DNA of 18,946 bases from a bacterium (GCA_020349685.1 CP070698.1:1773962-1792907), one strand, 5' to 3'. Shown: positions 9,693 through 18,313, counted from the stretch's first letter. Notes: a model not told the origin generated them from the letters alone. Numbers and translations are program-made.

Positions 9693-10238
9693 CTACTCCT
9701 GAATCTGTGGCTCAATCAACCCAAAATGACCATCGTCCCGAACGTAGATGACGTTGAGCTGGTTGGTCTGTGAATTGTTGAAAAGAAGGAAGTTCTTGTT
9801 CAAAAGCTCCATCTGCATAATGGCTTCATCGACGGTGATGGGCTTGAGAATGATCTCCTTTTGTTTTTTTATCTCGGGCCCGGACAACTGCGAAGCCATC
9901 TCGGGTAAAACGGTGTGGCTGGCCCGGAACTCGCGCACCGCCTCCCTGGTACCATGACGCACGATCTTTTCCTTGTATTTCTTGACCTGGCGATCCAGCT
10001 TGTCGACGACCAGGTCGATGGAGGAATACATGTCGTTGGTCTCTTCCTTGCCCTTGATGATGATCCCGTTGGCGTGGACGGTGATCTTGGCGATATGCCT
10101 GTATTTTTCCACCTGAAGGATGGCCTGAGCGTTCACCGGCTCGCTGAGGGGTTTGAGGACCTTTTCAAGCTTTTCGGCGGCGTAATCCCTAAGGGCATCA
10201 CTTTGTTCCATCTGCTTGAATGAAACCTCTATTTGCAT
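9693..10238 (-). CDS. hpf: Ribosome hibernation promoting factor (long HPF), 181 aa
   Basis: 'SDALRDYAAEKLEK', 'DMYSSIDLVVDKLDRQVKKYKEK' and C-terminal 'KPITVDEAIMQMELL...NVIYVRDDGHFGLIEP'. ATG 10238 with GGGAGG SD. Confidence 0.95.
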   Translation of the reverse strand: MQIEVSFKQMEQSDALRDYAAEKLEKVLKPLSEPVNAQAILQVEKYRHIAKITVHANGIIIKGKEETNDMYSSIDLVVDKLDRQVKKYKEKIVRHGTREAVREFRASHTVLPEMASQLSGPEIKKQKEIILKPITVDEAIMQMELLNKNFLLFNNSQTNQLNVIYVRDDGHFGLIEPQIQE

Positions 10239-10501
10239 GGTAATGGAACCTCCCTTCAAAGGTTATGGACCTAAACATAATAAACAAACCAAGTCAACCC
10301 CGCGAGAGCTGGTTAACACAGCACCTCACAGGGTTCATTTATCTGGAGATGATCGGCCTGAGGGGATCTCATCTTGTCCTTTTTTGACTTTACCATTGTT
10401 TTGGCTGCTTCGCTCCCATTACTATCTTACCACGACCGTGAAAAGCGGTGTGACTAGAGCCCGGTCGACAGAAAAACTTTCGGCCAGAGCCTTATGGAAC
10501 C

Positions 10502-11950
10502 TCAGCTGATCTTCTTTCTCCTGGACGAAGGAAGGATCTTCATGGACTCCCTGTACTTGGCAACGGTTCTCCTGGCAATATCAACCCCCTCGAGCCTGAG
10601 CATCTGTGAGATGGCCTGGTCGCTGAGGGGTTTTGCCGTGTCTTCCGCCCCGATAAGATCCCTGATCTTGGCCCTCACGCTCTCGGAAGCCATCATCTCT
10701 CCCGAAAGCGTCTGGATACCAGGGTTGAAGAAGAACTTGAGCTCGAACAGGCCATGGGGGCAGTGAAGGTATTTATGGGTCGTTACCCGGCTGACGGTGG
10801 ATTCATGGACGCCGATGTCATCGGCCACATCCCTCAGTACCATCGGTTTCAGATGCCTGATTCCGCGCTCGAAAAAGTCCAGCTGCTTTTCAAGGATACT
10901 TTTGGTGACACGGTAGATCGTGCGCTGCCGCTGGTCGATGCTCTTTATGAGCCAGGATGCCGAGCGTATCTTTTCCAGCAGGAACTCGCGATCCTCCGCC
11001 TTCATGGAGGATCCGTGCTTCAACAGCTCCCGGTAGTAACCGTTGATCCTCAGTTTGGGCATCCCGTCGTCGTTGAGCATGATGGTCCACTCATCACCCA
11101 TCTTGAACAGAAAAGCGTCGGGTGTGACATAGATCGACTCCGTGCCGCCGAAGGGCCTGCCCGGCTTGGGTTCAAGCTCCTTGAGGAGGTCCAGGGCCTT
11201 CAAAACTTCCGATCTCGATACTTCCATCTGCCGGACGATGGTGTCGACATCGCCCCTGGCCACGTCATGAAGATGTTCACGGATGATCTTCTCTACCAGT
11301 GAACCCTCAAGCTCCAGGAACCTTATCTGGATGAGCAGGCACTCGACCAGGTCCCTGGCCCCTGCTCCCGGCGGATCGAACTCCTGGATAACCCTTAGCA
11401 CATTTGGACCGACGGCTTCGATATCAGGCCCCAGAGGATGCAGGATCTCCTCGAGAGGAGTCTCCAGATAGCCGTTGTCATCCAGGTTCCCGATAATAGC
11501 CTGTCCTGCTGTCATTTCCTCTTCAGTGAGCCGGGTCATCCGCAGCTGCCACATGAGATGTTCCTGGAGAGTGTCAGGCCTGGTGATCATCGCCTCGAAG
11601 GACGGCCGCTCCTGTTCTTCGCGAGCCTGGTAAGGGAGGCTCTGGCTGGATTCCAGGTAGGATTCCCACTCTGCGATATCCTTCGGGATGGAAAGCGTGT
11701 TGATCTCGTCTTCCCTGTCACTGTTGCTTTGGGCAGGTGCGTTGGGATCCTCGGGCTGGTCAATGGAGAACTCGGTCTCGTTCTCCGGCGGTGCGTACTC
11801 ATCCAGAACGGGATTTTCCAGCAACTCCTGCTGGACGATCTCCGAAAGCTCCAACCTCGACAGTTGTAGCAGGCGGATCGCCTGCTGAAGCTGCGGTGTC
11901 ATCACCAGCTGCTGCTGCTGTTTTAACTGTAGCTGTGTTTTAAGGTCCAA
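10502..11950 (-). CDS. rpoN: RNA polymerase sigma-54 factor, 482 aa (TTG start)
   Basis: Gln-rich region I 'QQLVMTPQLQQAIRLLQL', HTH 'VHESTVSR', RpoN box 'ARRTVAKYRE'. GAGGT lies 8 nt upstream of the TTG. Confidence 0.98.
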   Translation of the reverse strand: MDLKTQLQLKQQQQLVMTPQLQQAIRLLQLSRLELSEIVQQELLENPVLDEYAPPENETEFSIDQPEDPNAPAQSNSDREDEINTLSIPKDIAEWESYLESSQSLPYQAREEQERPSFEAMITRPDTLQEHLMWQLRMTRLTEEEMTAGQAIIGNLDDNGYLETPLEEILHPLGPDIEAVGPNVLRVIQEFDPPGAGARDLVECLLIQIRFLELEGSLVEKIIREHLHDVARGDVDTIVRQMEVSRSEVLKALDLLKELEPKPGRPFGGTESIYVTPDAFLFKMGDEWTIMLNDDGMPKLRINGYYRELLKHGSSMKAEDREFLLEKIRSASWLIKSIDQRQRTIYRVTKSILEKQLDFFERGIRHLKPMVLRDVADDIGVHESTVSRVTTHKYLHCPHGLFELKFFFNPGIQTLSGEMMASESVRAKIRDLIGAEDTAKPLSDQAISQMLRLEGVDIARRTVAKYRESMKILPSSRRKKIS

Positions 11951-11959
11951 AATGCTTTA

Positions 11960-12148
11960 CCTCAAATCTCCACCAGGTTGAATTTCAAATTTCAACTGAT
12001 CCAAGATCTAAAATCCACCGTCCGAAGTTAACCATGTCCAAATCTCATACTGATTTTCCCATTACTATTTCCGTTACTATTACCCGTTCTCCCCGTGCCC
12101 CCACGTCTGGCGGCTTTTATCAGACACCAGACCCTAGACACTAGACAC
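11960..12148. repeat. Mosaic of short repeats in the lptB-rpoN gap, including YAGACAC x4 (12121-12148)
   Basis: cagacac cagaccc tagacac tagacac; aatttca aatttca (11981-11994); caaatctc fragments; tcccattactat ttccgttactat (12057-12080). Confidence 0.75.
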
Positions 12149-12152
12149 TTCC

Positions 12153-12878
12153 TTATAAGCTAAACCCCTCCCCAAGGTAGATCTTCCTCGCCCGCTCGCT
12201 GCGAATGATAGTTTCCGGAGGACCTTCCTCGAGGATCTCCCCCGCGGCCAGGATATAGGCTCTGTCGGTGATACCCAGTGTCTCCCTGACATTGTGGTCG
12301 GTTATCAGGATCCCGAGACCGCTCTCCTTCAAACCCCTGATGAGCTTCTGGAGTTCCACGACCGTTATGGGATCGATCCCGGCGAAGGGTTCGTCCAGGA
12401 GCAGGTATGTCGGCTCGGGAACGAGGGCCCTGGCGATCTCGGCTCTTCTTCGTTCGCCCCCTGAAAGGGATCCGCCGAGGGTTTCCCCGAGATGGGTTAT
12501 ACCCATGGACTCTTTCAGCTCCAGAAGCCTTCCGGCCCTGTCGGCCTTGCTGACACCAACCGCCTCCATAATAGCGAGGATGTTGTCGTCGACCGACATC
12601 CCCCTGAAAATAGATGACTCCTGGGGGAGATAACCGATCCCGGCCCGGGCCCTGCGGTGTATGGGCCACCCGGTGATGTCAACGCCATCCAGCTGGACTT
12701 TGCCTCCACTGGGACGGATTAGACCCGAGATCATGTAGAACGTTGTCGTCTTGCCCGCCCCGTTGGGACCGAGAAGTCCCACGACCTCACCGGGAGAAAG
12801 GCTGACGCAGACATCCTTGACCACTGTTCTGCCACGGTACGATTTCTTCAGATATTCAGCGCTCAGCGCGGTTTTCAT
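12153..12878 (-). CDS. lptB: LPS export ABC transporter ATP-binding protein, 241 aa
   Basis: 'GLLGPNGAGKTTTFYM', 'YLPQESSIF', 'LSGGERRRAEIARAL', 'LLDEPFAGIDP', 'ITDHNVRETL', 'YLGEGFSL'. Confidence 0.97.
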   Translation of the reverse strand: MKTALSAEYLKKSYRGRTVVKDVCVSLSPGEVVGLLGPNGAGKTTTFYMISGLIRPSGGKVQLDGVDITGWPIHRRARAGIGYLPQESSIFRGMSVDDNILAIMEAVGVSKADRAGRLLELKESMGITHLGETLGGSLSGGERRRAEIARALVPEPTYLLLDEPFAGIDPITVVELQKLIRGLKESGLGILITDHNVRETLGITDRAYILAAGEILEEGPPETIIRSERARKIYLGEGFSL

Positions 12879-13339
12879 CAGGGTCGATCCCCCTCCACCC
12901 CGAAGAGAGCCTTCACAGGACCCATAAAGGAAGCCGTACCCTCATCGAGGGAGTATACGATCCTTTCCGCTTCAATGGTGGTTTTCTCCCTCATCAGGCG
13001 GGGAGCCCCGGTGAGCTCAACCATTCCGGACTTCAGGTCGAACTCGGCCATGCCGGCTTCGAGGCGGTCGTTTCCCCTGGTCAGGACAATATTGCCAGAG
13101 GCCTCACCTCTCAATATCCTGGAAGGGTCGGCCTCATCGGTATGAACCTTGAGAGTGTCACAACCCATGACCACCTCCGCCATGCGCACCTGAACCTTGC
13201 CCTCGAATTGGATATCTCCGGTCTTTTCCTCTATCACGAGGCTCTCAGACCGTATGGTCACACCCTGCTCGGAGGCGCACCAGGCGGACGAGGCCAGGTA
13301 AAAAACAGAGAACGCAGCCGCAAACAGTCGAATTCTCAA
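12878..13339 (-). CDS. lptA: LptA/OstA-family periplasmic LPS transport protein, 153 aa
   Basis: Signal peptide, then OstA-like 'ITIRSESL...FEGKVQV...ASGNIVL...VELTGAPRL' pattern (here VTIRSESL). TTG start overlaps the lptC stop, and its stop overlaps the lptB ATG. Confidence 0.85.
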   Translation of the reverse strand: MRIRLFAAAFSVFYLASSAWCASEQGVTIRSESLVIEEKTGDIQFEGKVQVRMAEVVMGCDTLKVHTDEADPSRILRGEASGNIVLTRGNDRLEAGMAEFDLKSGMVELTGAPRLMREKTTIEAERIVYSLDEGTASFMGPVKALFGVEGDRP

Positions 13340-13872
13340 GGCCGGTTGCTCCTGCTGTCAAGGGTTGTCCTCACGCCACCGCTGACCATCGCCATCCCGG
13401 AGTCTATCCTGTACCTGGCCGATTTCCCGAGAACCTCAAGTCCCAGGCGCTTTAAACGTACGCCCCCACCCGCAACCATGACAGCATCCGCGCCATTCCA
13501 TTGCAGCTCTGGCGTTTCCAGCCTGGAACCAAGCCCACTGGCGACGATGACATTCCCTTCGAGGTGAAGGACCAACCTGGACGCTTCAAAACGTCCCTTG
13601 TCACTGATCACCGTCACTCGCTCAAAACCGTTGGAAAGCATCCTGGCTGACACCTCCTGCAGAAGAACATCGCCCTGTGCGTCATAGGTGGCTTTAACGG
13701 CCCTGATCTCCCACCGGCCGTTAACTGTTTCCTGGGTGATCCTGAACCCGGTCATCTCCACATCCGAAACGGCACCGGTCGTCTGTGGAAAAAACAGGAG
13801 AAGACAGAGACCAACTGTTTTCAGATGACCTCCAAGAAGGGTTTCCCTCCGGCTCTTGAACCGGGATAGCAT
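13336..13872 (-). CDS. lptC: LPS export protein LptC (start uncertain)
   Basis: 'WEIRAVKA', 'LHLEGNVIV', 'LETPELQW' beta-jellyroll pattern. Position kdsC-X-lptA-lptB. Confidence 0.8.
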   Translation of the reverse strand: MLSRFKSRRETLLGGHLKTVGLCLLLFFPQTTGAVSDVEMTGFRITQETVNGRWEIRAVKATYDAQGDVLLQEVSARMLSNGFERVTVISDKGRFEASRLVLHLEGNVIVASGLGSRLETPELQWNGADAVMVAGGGVRLKRLGLEVLGKSARYRIDSGMAMVSGGVRTTLDSRSNRP

Positions 13873-13912
13873 AAAACTAGACTAACACAGTGCAGAGTGA
13901 AAGGAAAGATTA

Positions 13913-13928
13913 TGGCGTGATTGTTGCA
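13913..13928 (+). promoter_or_regulatory. Candidate sigma-54 -24/-12 element, antisense to the operon
   Basis: TGGCGTGATTGTTGCA fits TGGC-N7-TTGCA, with exact GG-N10-GC spacing. Confidence 0.55.
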
Positions 13929-14007
13929 TGCGCTGCCTCTGGTGGGCATGAAAGGATACCAGGAACGTATCCGGAAGAGTAAATAGCTGTTGCAGGTCGG
14001 GTAGAGC

Positions 14008-14084
14008 GAGATTGGAGATTAGAGGTTGGAGATTAGAGATTAGAGATTAGAGATTGGAAATTAGAAATTAGAAATTAGAAATCA
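14008..14084. repeat. Heptamer array x11, GAGATTR changing to GAAATTA
   Basis: gagattg gagatta gaggttg gagatta gagatta gagatta gagattg gaaatta gaaatta gaaatta gaaatca. Confidence 0.97.
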
Positions 14085-14103
14085 GACCAAACAGTTGTGC
14101 TCT

Positions 14104-14136
14104 TTATCATTTTCCATTTTCTATTATCCATTTTCC
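14104..14136. repeat. Heptamer array TTTCCAT-like x4-5, inverted relative to 14008-14084
   Basis: ttatcat tttccat tttctat tatccat tttcc. Confidence 0.85.
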
Positions 14137-14154
14137 GGTTTAGCGTACTTCCAA

Positions 14155-14688
14155 TTATATGTACCGCTCCATGAGCTCATCAAGGAGTCCCTGCTCCCGA
14201 AGGATAAGAAATATCAGCTCCCTGGCTGCCCCTTTGCCTCCGTGTGCATCCGTCGCGAAATGTGACAGGTCCAGGACCTCGGGTGCGGCATCGCAAGGGC
14301 AGCAGCCAAGACCCACCGAAAGCATGACCGGAAGGTCCACCACGTCATCCCCCATGTAGGCTATTTCGGCAGCGGAGAGCCCGGTCTGATCCATTATCTC
14401 ACGAAGTGATTCGCGCTTGTCCTTGATCCCCTGGAAGACCAGCCCGATGCCCAGTTCGTCACATCTTCTATTGACAATATCGCTCTCGCGCCCGGTTATG
14501 ACAGCGACGGTCAGACCAGCCCTTACGGCCAGCTTGATGGCGTGACCATCCCGGACATGGAACGATTTTATCTCTCCTCCCGATGATGTATAGGTGATCT
14601 GGCCGTCGGTGAGCACGCCGTCCACGTCAAAGGCGATGAGCCTGATCTTCTTGGCCGCCGCGATAACGGCAGGAGAAACCTTTTTCAC
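14155..14688 (-). CDS. kdsC: KDO-8-phosphate phosphatase (HAD family), 177 aa, GTG start
   Basis: 'FDVDGVLTDG', 'FHVRDG', 'ITGR', 'YMGDDVVDLP', 'GGKGAARE'. Confidence 0.95.
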   Translation of the reverse strand: MKKVSPAVIAAAKKIRLIAFDVDGVLTDGQITYTSSGGEIKSFHVRDGHAIKLAVRAGLTVAVITGRESDIVNRRCDELGIGLVFQGIKDKRESLREIMDQTGLSAAEIAYMGDDVVDLPVMLSVGLGCCPCDAAPEVLDLSHFATDAHGGKGAARELIFLILREQGLLDELMERYI

Positions 14689-14695
14689 TGGAGTA

Positions 14696-14730
14696 TTTTC
14701 CTTTCCACTTTCCCCTTTTCCCTTTCCCCT
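14696..14730. repeat. Polypyrimidine heptamer array CTTTCCC x4-5 filling the kdsD-kdsC gap
   Basis: ttttc ctttcca ctttccc cttttcc ctttccc ct. Confidence 0.85.
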
Positions 14731-14735
14731 GCGTC

Positions 14736-15704
14736 TTAAGCTATCCCCGCTTTCAGGATGTCGTGCATGTGAACCACGCCTGTGACCTGCTTATCGTCGT
14801 CCACGACGACCAGGCTGGTGATCTTGCTGCTCTCCATGATCTGCAGCGCCTTCGCGGCGAGGGCTTCGGCGTTGATGACCTTTGGAGTAGGAGTCATGAC
14901 CTGTCCGGCCGTGAGGGAGAGGGGATCCGATCCCCCTTCCAGCGACCGTCGCAGGTCCCCGTCCGTGATGATACCGAGGAGTCTGCCTCCATCGTCCTGC
15001 ACGGTGGTAAAGCCCAGCTGTTTGGAGGTGATCTCGAAGAGGGCCTCCCGCATGGTTGTCTCTTTTCTGACGCAGGGGATCTCCTTGCCGACGTGCATGA
15101 TCTCCGATACGGTGAGAAGGCGTCGTCCGAGGGCTCCTACGGGGTGGAAAAAGGCGAAATCGTTTTCCGTGAACCCGCGGGCCTCGAGAAGCGCCACCGC
15201 CAGGGCATCGCCCAGGGCCATGGTGACCGTCGTGCTGGCTGTGGGGGCGAGGTTGAGCGGGCAGGCCTCCTCCGTGACCGATATGTCCAGAACGACATCC
15301 GCCCTCGCCGCCAGGGTGGAGGAGGCACCCCCCGTCATGCTGATGATGGGAATACCCAGCCTTTTGACGGCCGGCAGCAGCCGGATGAGCTCCTGGGTCT
15401 CTCCGCTGTTTGATACAGCCACCAGGACATCCCCCTTGGCGAGCATTCCCAGGTCGCCGTGCCCCCCCTCCGCGGGATGGAGGAACAAGGAGGGCGTCCC
15501 GGTACTGGCAAAGGTGGCTGCTATTTTTCTGCAGACGAGGCCCGATTTGCCCATGCCGGCAAAGACCACCCGGCCACGGCAGCTTTTGAGAAGATCCACC
15601 GCAAGGGCGAACTCTTCACCCAGTCTGGACCGCAGCGCCTCGATGGACTCTTCCTCGATCCGCAGCACTCTCCGGGCACTCTCGAGGACCTTGTCATGGT
15701 CCAT
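14736..15704 (-). CDS. kdsD: Arabinose-5-phosphate isomerase (KpsF/GutQ family, SIS + 2 CBS), 322 aa
   Basis: 'GMGKSG', 'STGTPS.FLHPAE..HGDLG', 'SNSGET', 'EACPLNLAPTASTT', 'GIITDGDLRR'. Start reassigned to ATG 15704 with GAGGA SD 9 nt upstream. Confidence 0.96.
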   Translation of the reverse strand: MDHDKVLESARRVLRIEEESIEALRSRLGEEFALAVDLLKSCRGRVVFAGMGKSGLVCRKIAATFASTGTPSLFLHPAEGGHGDLGMLAKGDVLVAVSNSGETQELIRLLPAVKRLGIPIISMTGGASSTLAARADVVLDISVTEEACPLNLAPTASTTVTMALGDALAVALLEARGFTENDFAFFHPVGALGRRLLTVSEIMHVGKEIPCVRKETTMREALFEITSKQLGFTTVQDDGGRLLGIITDGDLRRSLEGGSDPLSLTAGQVMTPTPKVINAEALAAKALQIMESSKITSLVVVDDDKQVTGVVHMHDILKAGIA

Positions 15705-15709
15705 AATTA

Positions 15710-15865
15710 AATATCCTCGCAAAAAATTTCTTCGAGCCATTTTGGGAGGCGGGGGATGGTTTCCTTCGCCCGCCAGCCGGAGTGAATCCGCCTGGTTCCA
15801 CCCCCACCCCAGGATATGCGCTGTGGATACATCCCGAGTGATGGACTTTTAGCGAGTCCCTCATA
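15710..15865. mobile_element. Putative MITE/REP-like structured element, ~150 bp
   Basis: Imperfect terminal inverted repeats CTCGCAAAAAATT (15716-15728) and GACTTTTAGCGAG (15844-15856), 10/13 match. GC-rich internal hairpins. No coding capacity recognised. Confidence 0.45.
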
Positions 15866-15872
15866 TTCCGGC

Positions 15873-16709
15873 TCATGGTCCTTCTCCTGAAAGGGCCCGA
15901 TAGATAGCCATCACCTGTTGCAAAAGACCTTCCAGTTGATCCAGGGGCCACATGTTGGGGCCGTCGCAAGGGGCCCGGTCCGGATCCGGATGCACCTCCA
16001 TGAACAGGCCGTCCACGCCGCACGCGACAGCAGCCCGGCAAAGATGGGGAACATACTGCCTGAGGCCCCCCGAAGAGGAACCGAGCCCGCCCGGAAGCTG
16101 GAGGCTGTGGGTGGCATCGTAAACGACCGGGATGCCAAGTTCCCTGATCATGGGAAAAGCCCGGAAGTCGACCACGAGGTTGTTGTATCCGAAGCTCGTA
16201 CCCCGCTCCGTGATGATCAGGTTGCCGCCGCGGTCGGCCTTGCCTGCGATCCCCTTGACGTCCCAGGGTGCCAGGAACTGGCCTTTCTTGATATTCACCG
16301 GTTTCCCAGAATCGGCGGCCGCTGTCAGCAGGTCCGTCTGCCTGCACAGGAAGGCCGGTATCTGCAGGAGGTCAAGGACAGGTGCCGCCGCGGCTACCTG
16401 GGACGCGTCGTGGACATCGGAGGTGACGCAAACGCCGATCTCATCCCTCACCGCCTGGAGCACCTCGAGCCCCTTTTCGAGGCCCGGCCCGCGGAAGGAA
16501 TTCACGGAGGTCCGGTTGGCCTTGTCGAAGGATGCTTTGAATATGTGGGGTATCCCCAGCCTGGAACAGGTCCTTGAAAGGGCCCCGGCTACCTTGAGGG
16601 TGCTGTCCCTGTCCTCGATGACGCAGGGGCCGGCGATGAGAACGGGAGGAGCTCCGCGCCCTATCACCACATTGCCGATCCTCACCTGTTGCTCAGCTCT
16701 GCCGGTCAT
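15873..16709 (-). CDS. kdsA: KDO-8-phosphate synthase, 278 aa
   Basis: 'IAGPCVIE', '[11 protein letters not shown]', '[13 protein letters not shown]', 'KKGQFLAP', '[14 protein letters not shown]', 'DATHS'. Confidence 0.98.
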   Translation of the reverse strand: MTGRAEQQVRIGNVVIGRGAPPVLIAGPCVIEDRDSTLKVAGALSRTCSRLGIPHIFKASFDKANRTSVNSFRGPGLEKGLEVLQAVRDEIGVCVTSDVHDASQVAAAAPVLDLLQIPAFLCRQTDLLTAAADSGKPVNIKKGQFLAPWDVKGIAGKADRGGNLIITERGTSFGYNNLVVDFRAFPMIRELGIPVVYDATHSLQLPGGLGSSSGGLRQYVPHLCRAAVACGVDGLFMEVHPDPDRAPCDGPNMWPLDQLEGLLQQVMAIYRALSGEGP

Positions 16710-18313
16710 TTACCCTTATTCCTGTTGGCCAGGCTCGCGGCAATGAACCCGGCGAAGAGCGGGTGGGGCTCCCACGGCCTCGACTTGAATTCAGGGTGGA
16801 ACTGACATCCCACAAACCAGGGATGATCGCCGTGCTCCACCATTTCCACGAGACGCCCGTCGGGGGAGGTTCCCGATATGATGAGCCCTTTCTCCTCGAG
16901 CAGCCCCTTGTACTCGGGGTTGAACTCGTAACGGTGCCGGTGCCTTTCCGATATCTCCCGGGATCCGTACACCCCGAAGGCCCGGGTGCCTTCCTCGAGG
17001 ACGCACGGGTAGGCTCCGAGCCTCATGGTACCGCCCTTGTCAACGATGTCCCTCTGCTCCGGGAGCAGGTCGATGACGGGGTCCGGCGTATTTTCGTCGA
17101 ACTCCGAGCTGTTGGCCTTTTCGAGTCCTGCAACCGAGCGAGCGAACTCCACGACCGCAAGCTGCATACCGAGGCAGATCCCGAAATAGGGGATCTGGTT
17201 CTCACGGGCATGGCGGGCGGCGCGGATCTTGCCTTCCGTTCCCCGGTGGCCGAATCCCCCGGGAACAAGGATCCCGTCCACATCACCCAGAAGCTCCTCA
17301 GGTTCCCTCTTTTCCAGTTCCTCGCTGTCGACGAACCGCAGAACCACACTGGCGTCGTTGGCCATGCCTCCGTGGACGAGGGCCTCGTTCAGGCTCTTGT
17401 AGGACTCGACCAGGCTCACGTATTTGCCCACTACAGCAATAACCACCTCACCTTTTGGATTCCGGGCCTTCTCGACAATATTCTTCCAGACGGTCAGGTC
17501 GGGCATCCGGGTCCACATGCCCAGATGTTCGATGATCTGCTGGTCGAGACCCTCCTCGTGGTACACGAGAGGAACCTCGTAAATGCTCTCCACGTCTCTC
17601 GCGGTGATCACCGCCTCGGGGGTCACGTTGCAGAAGAGGGCGATCTTGTTCTTGATGTCCTGCTCGAGGGTCCTGTCGGTCCGGCACAGCAGGATGTCGG
17701 GCTGAATGCCGATCTCCCGCAGTTTCTGCACGGAATGCTGGGTCGGTTTCGTCTTGAGTTCCCCGGCCGTCCTGATGTAGGGCACGAGGGTGAGGTGAAT
17801 GTAGATCACGTCCTGCCTGCCCACATCGGTCTTGAACTGTCTGATGGCTTCCAGGAAAGGAAGGCTCTCGATGTCGCCCACCGTCCCGCCGACCTCGCAG
17901 ATGAGGAGGTCCACACCGTCGGCGGCCTGACATATCATCGATTTTATCTCATCAGTGATGTGGGGGATGACCTGGACCGTTCCCCCGAGGTATTCGCCCT
18001 GTCGCTCCTTGTTGATGACCGAGTCGTAAACCCTTCCTGTGGTGAAGTTGCTCTTCCTGGACATGGGTGCGTGGGTGAACCGTTCATAGTGCCCGAGGTC
18101 CAGATCGGTCTCCGCGCCGTCATCCGTCACGAAGACCTCCCCATGCTGGTACGGGCTCATGGTGCCCGGATCCACATTGATATAGGGATCCATCTTCTGG
18201 AGGGTCACCGTCAATCCCCGCGATTCCATGAGAGCGCCGATGGAGGCCGATGCCAGCCCTTTTCCCAGGGAGGACACAACCCCTCCCGTTACGAAAATAT
18301 ACTTGGTCTTCAT
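16706..18313 (-). CDS. pyrG: CTP synthase, 535 aa
   Basis: '[16 protein letters not shown]', '[13 protein letters not shown]', 'KTKPTQHSV', 'GICLGMQ', 'ERHRHRYE', 'QFHPEFKS'. Confidence 0.99.
   Translation of the reverse strand: MKTKYIFVTGGVVSSLGKGLASASIGALMESRGLTVTLQKMDPYINVDPGTMSPYQHGEVFVTDDGAETDLDLGHYERFTHAPMSRKSNFTTGRVYDSVINKERQGEYLGGTVQVIPHITDEIKSMICQAADGVDLLICEVGGTVGDIESLPFLEAIRQFKTDVGRQDVIYIHLTLVPYIRTAGELKTKPTQHSVQKLREIGIQPDILLCRTDRTLEQDIKNKIALFCNVTPEAVITARDVESIYEVPLVYHEEGLDQQIIEHLGMWTRMPDLTVWKNIVEKARNPKGEVVIAVVGKYVSLVESYKSLNEALVHGGMANDASVVLRFVDSEELEKREPEELLGDVDGILVPGGFGHRGTEGKIRAARHARENQIPYFGICLGMQLAVVEFARSVAGLEKANSSEFDENTPDPVIDLLPEQRDIVDKGGTMRLGAYPCVLEEGTRAFGVYGSREISERHRHRYEFNPEYKGLLEEKGLIISGTSPDGRLVEMVEHGDHPWFVGCQFHPEFKSRPWEPHPLFAGFIAASLANRNKGK

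Noticed and set aside
11905-11935. CAG-type triplet run
   Set aside because: Encodes the normal Gln-rich region I of sigma-54.
14008-14136. Possible CRISPR array
   Set aside because: Units are contiguous 7-mers without unique spacers, and there are no cas genes.
5037-15740. Long N-terminal extensions in the ORF track for HPr, EIID, EIIA, PtsN, HPF and KdsD
   Set aside because: They overlap upstream genes or spacers. Downstream ATGs give family-typical lengths, several with clear SD sequences, so these are not fusions.
14763-15852. 216-aa and 356-aa plus-strand ORFs
   Set aside because: Antisense to the well-supported kdsD, with low-information Ser/Arg- or His/Gly-rich translations.
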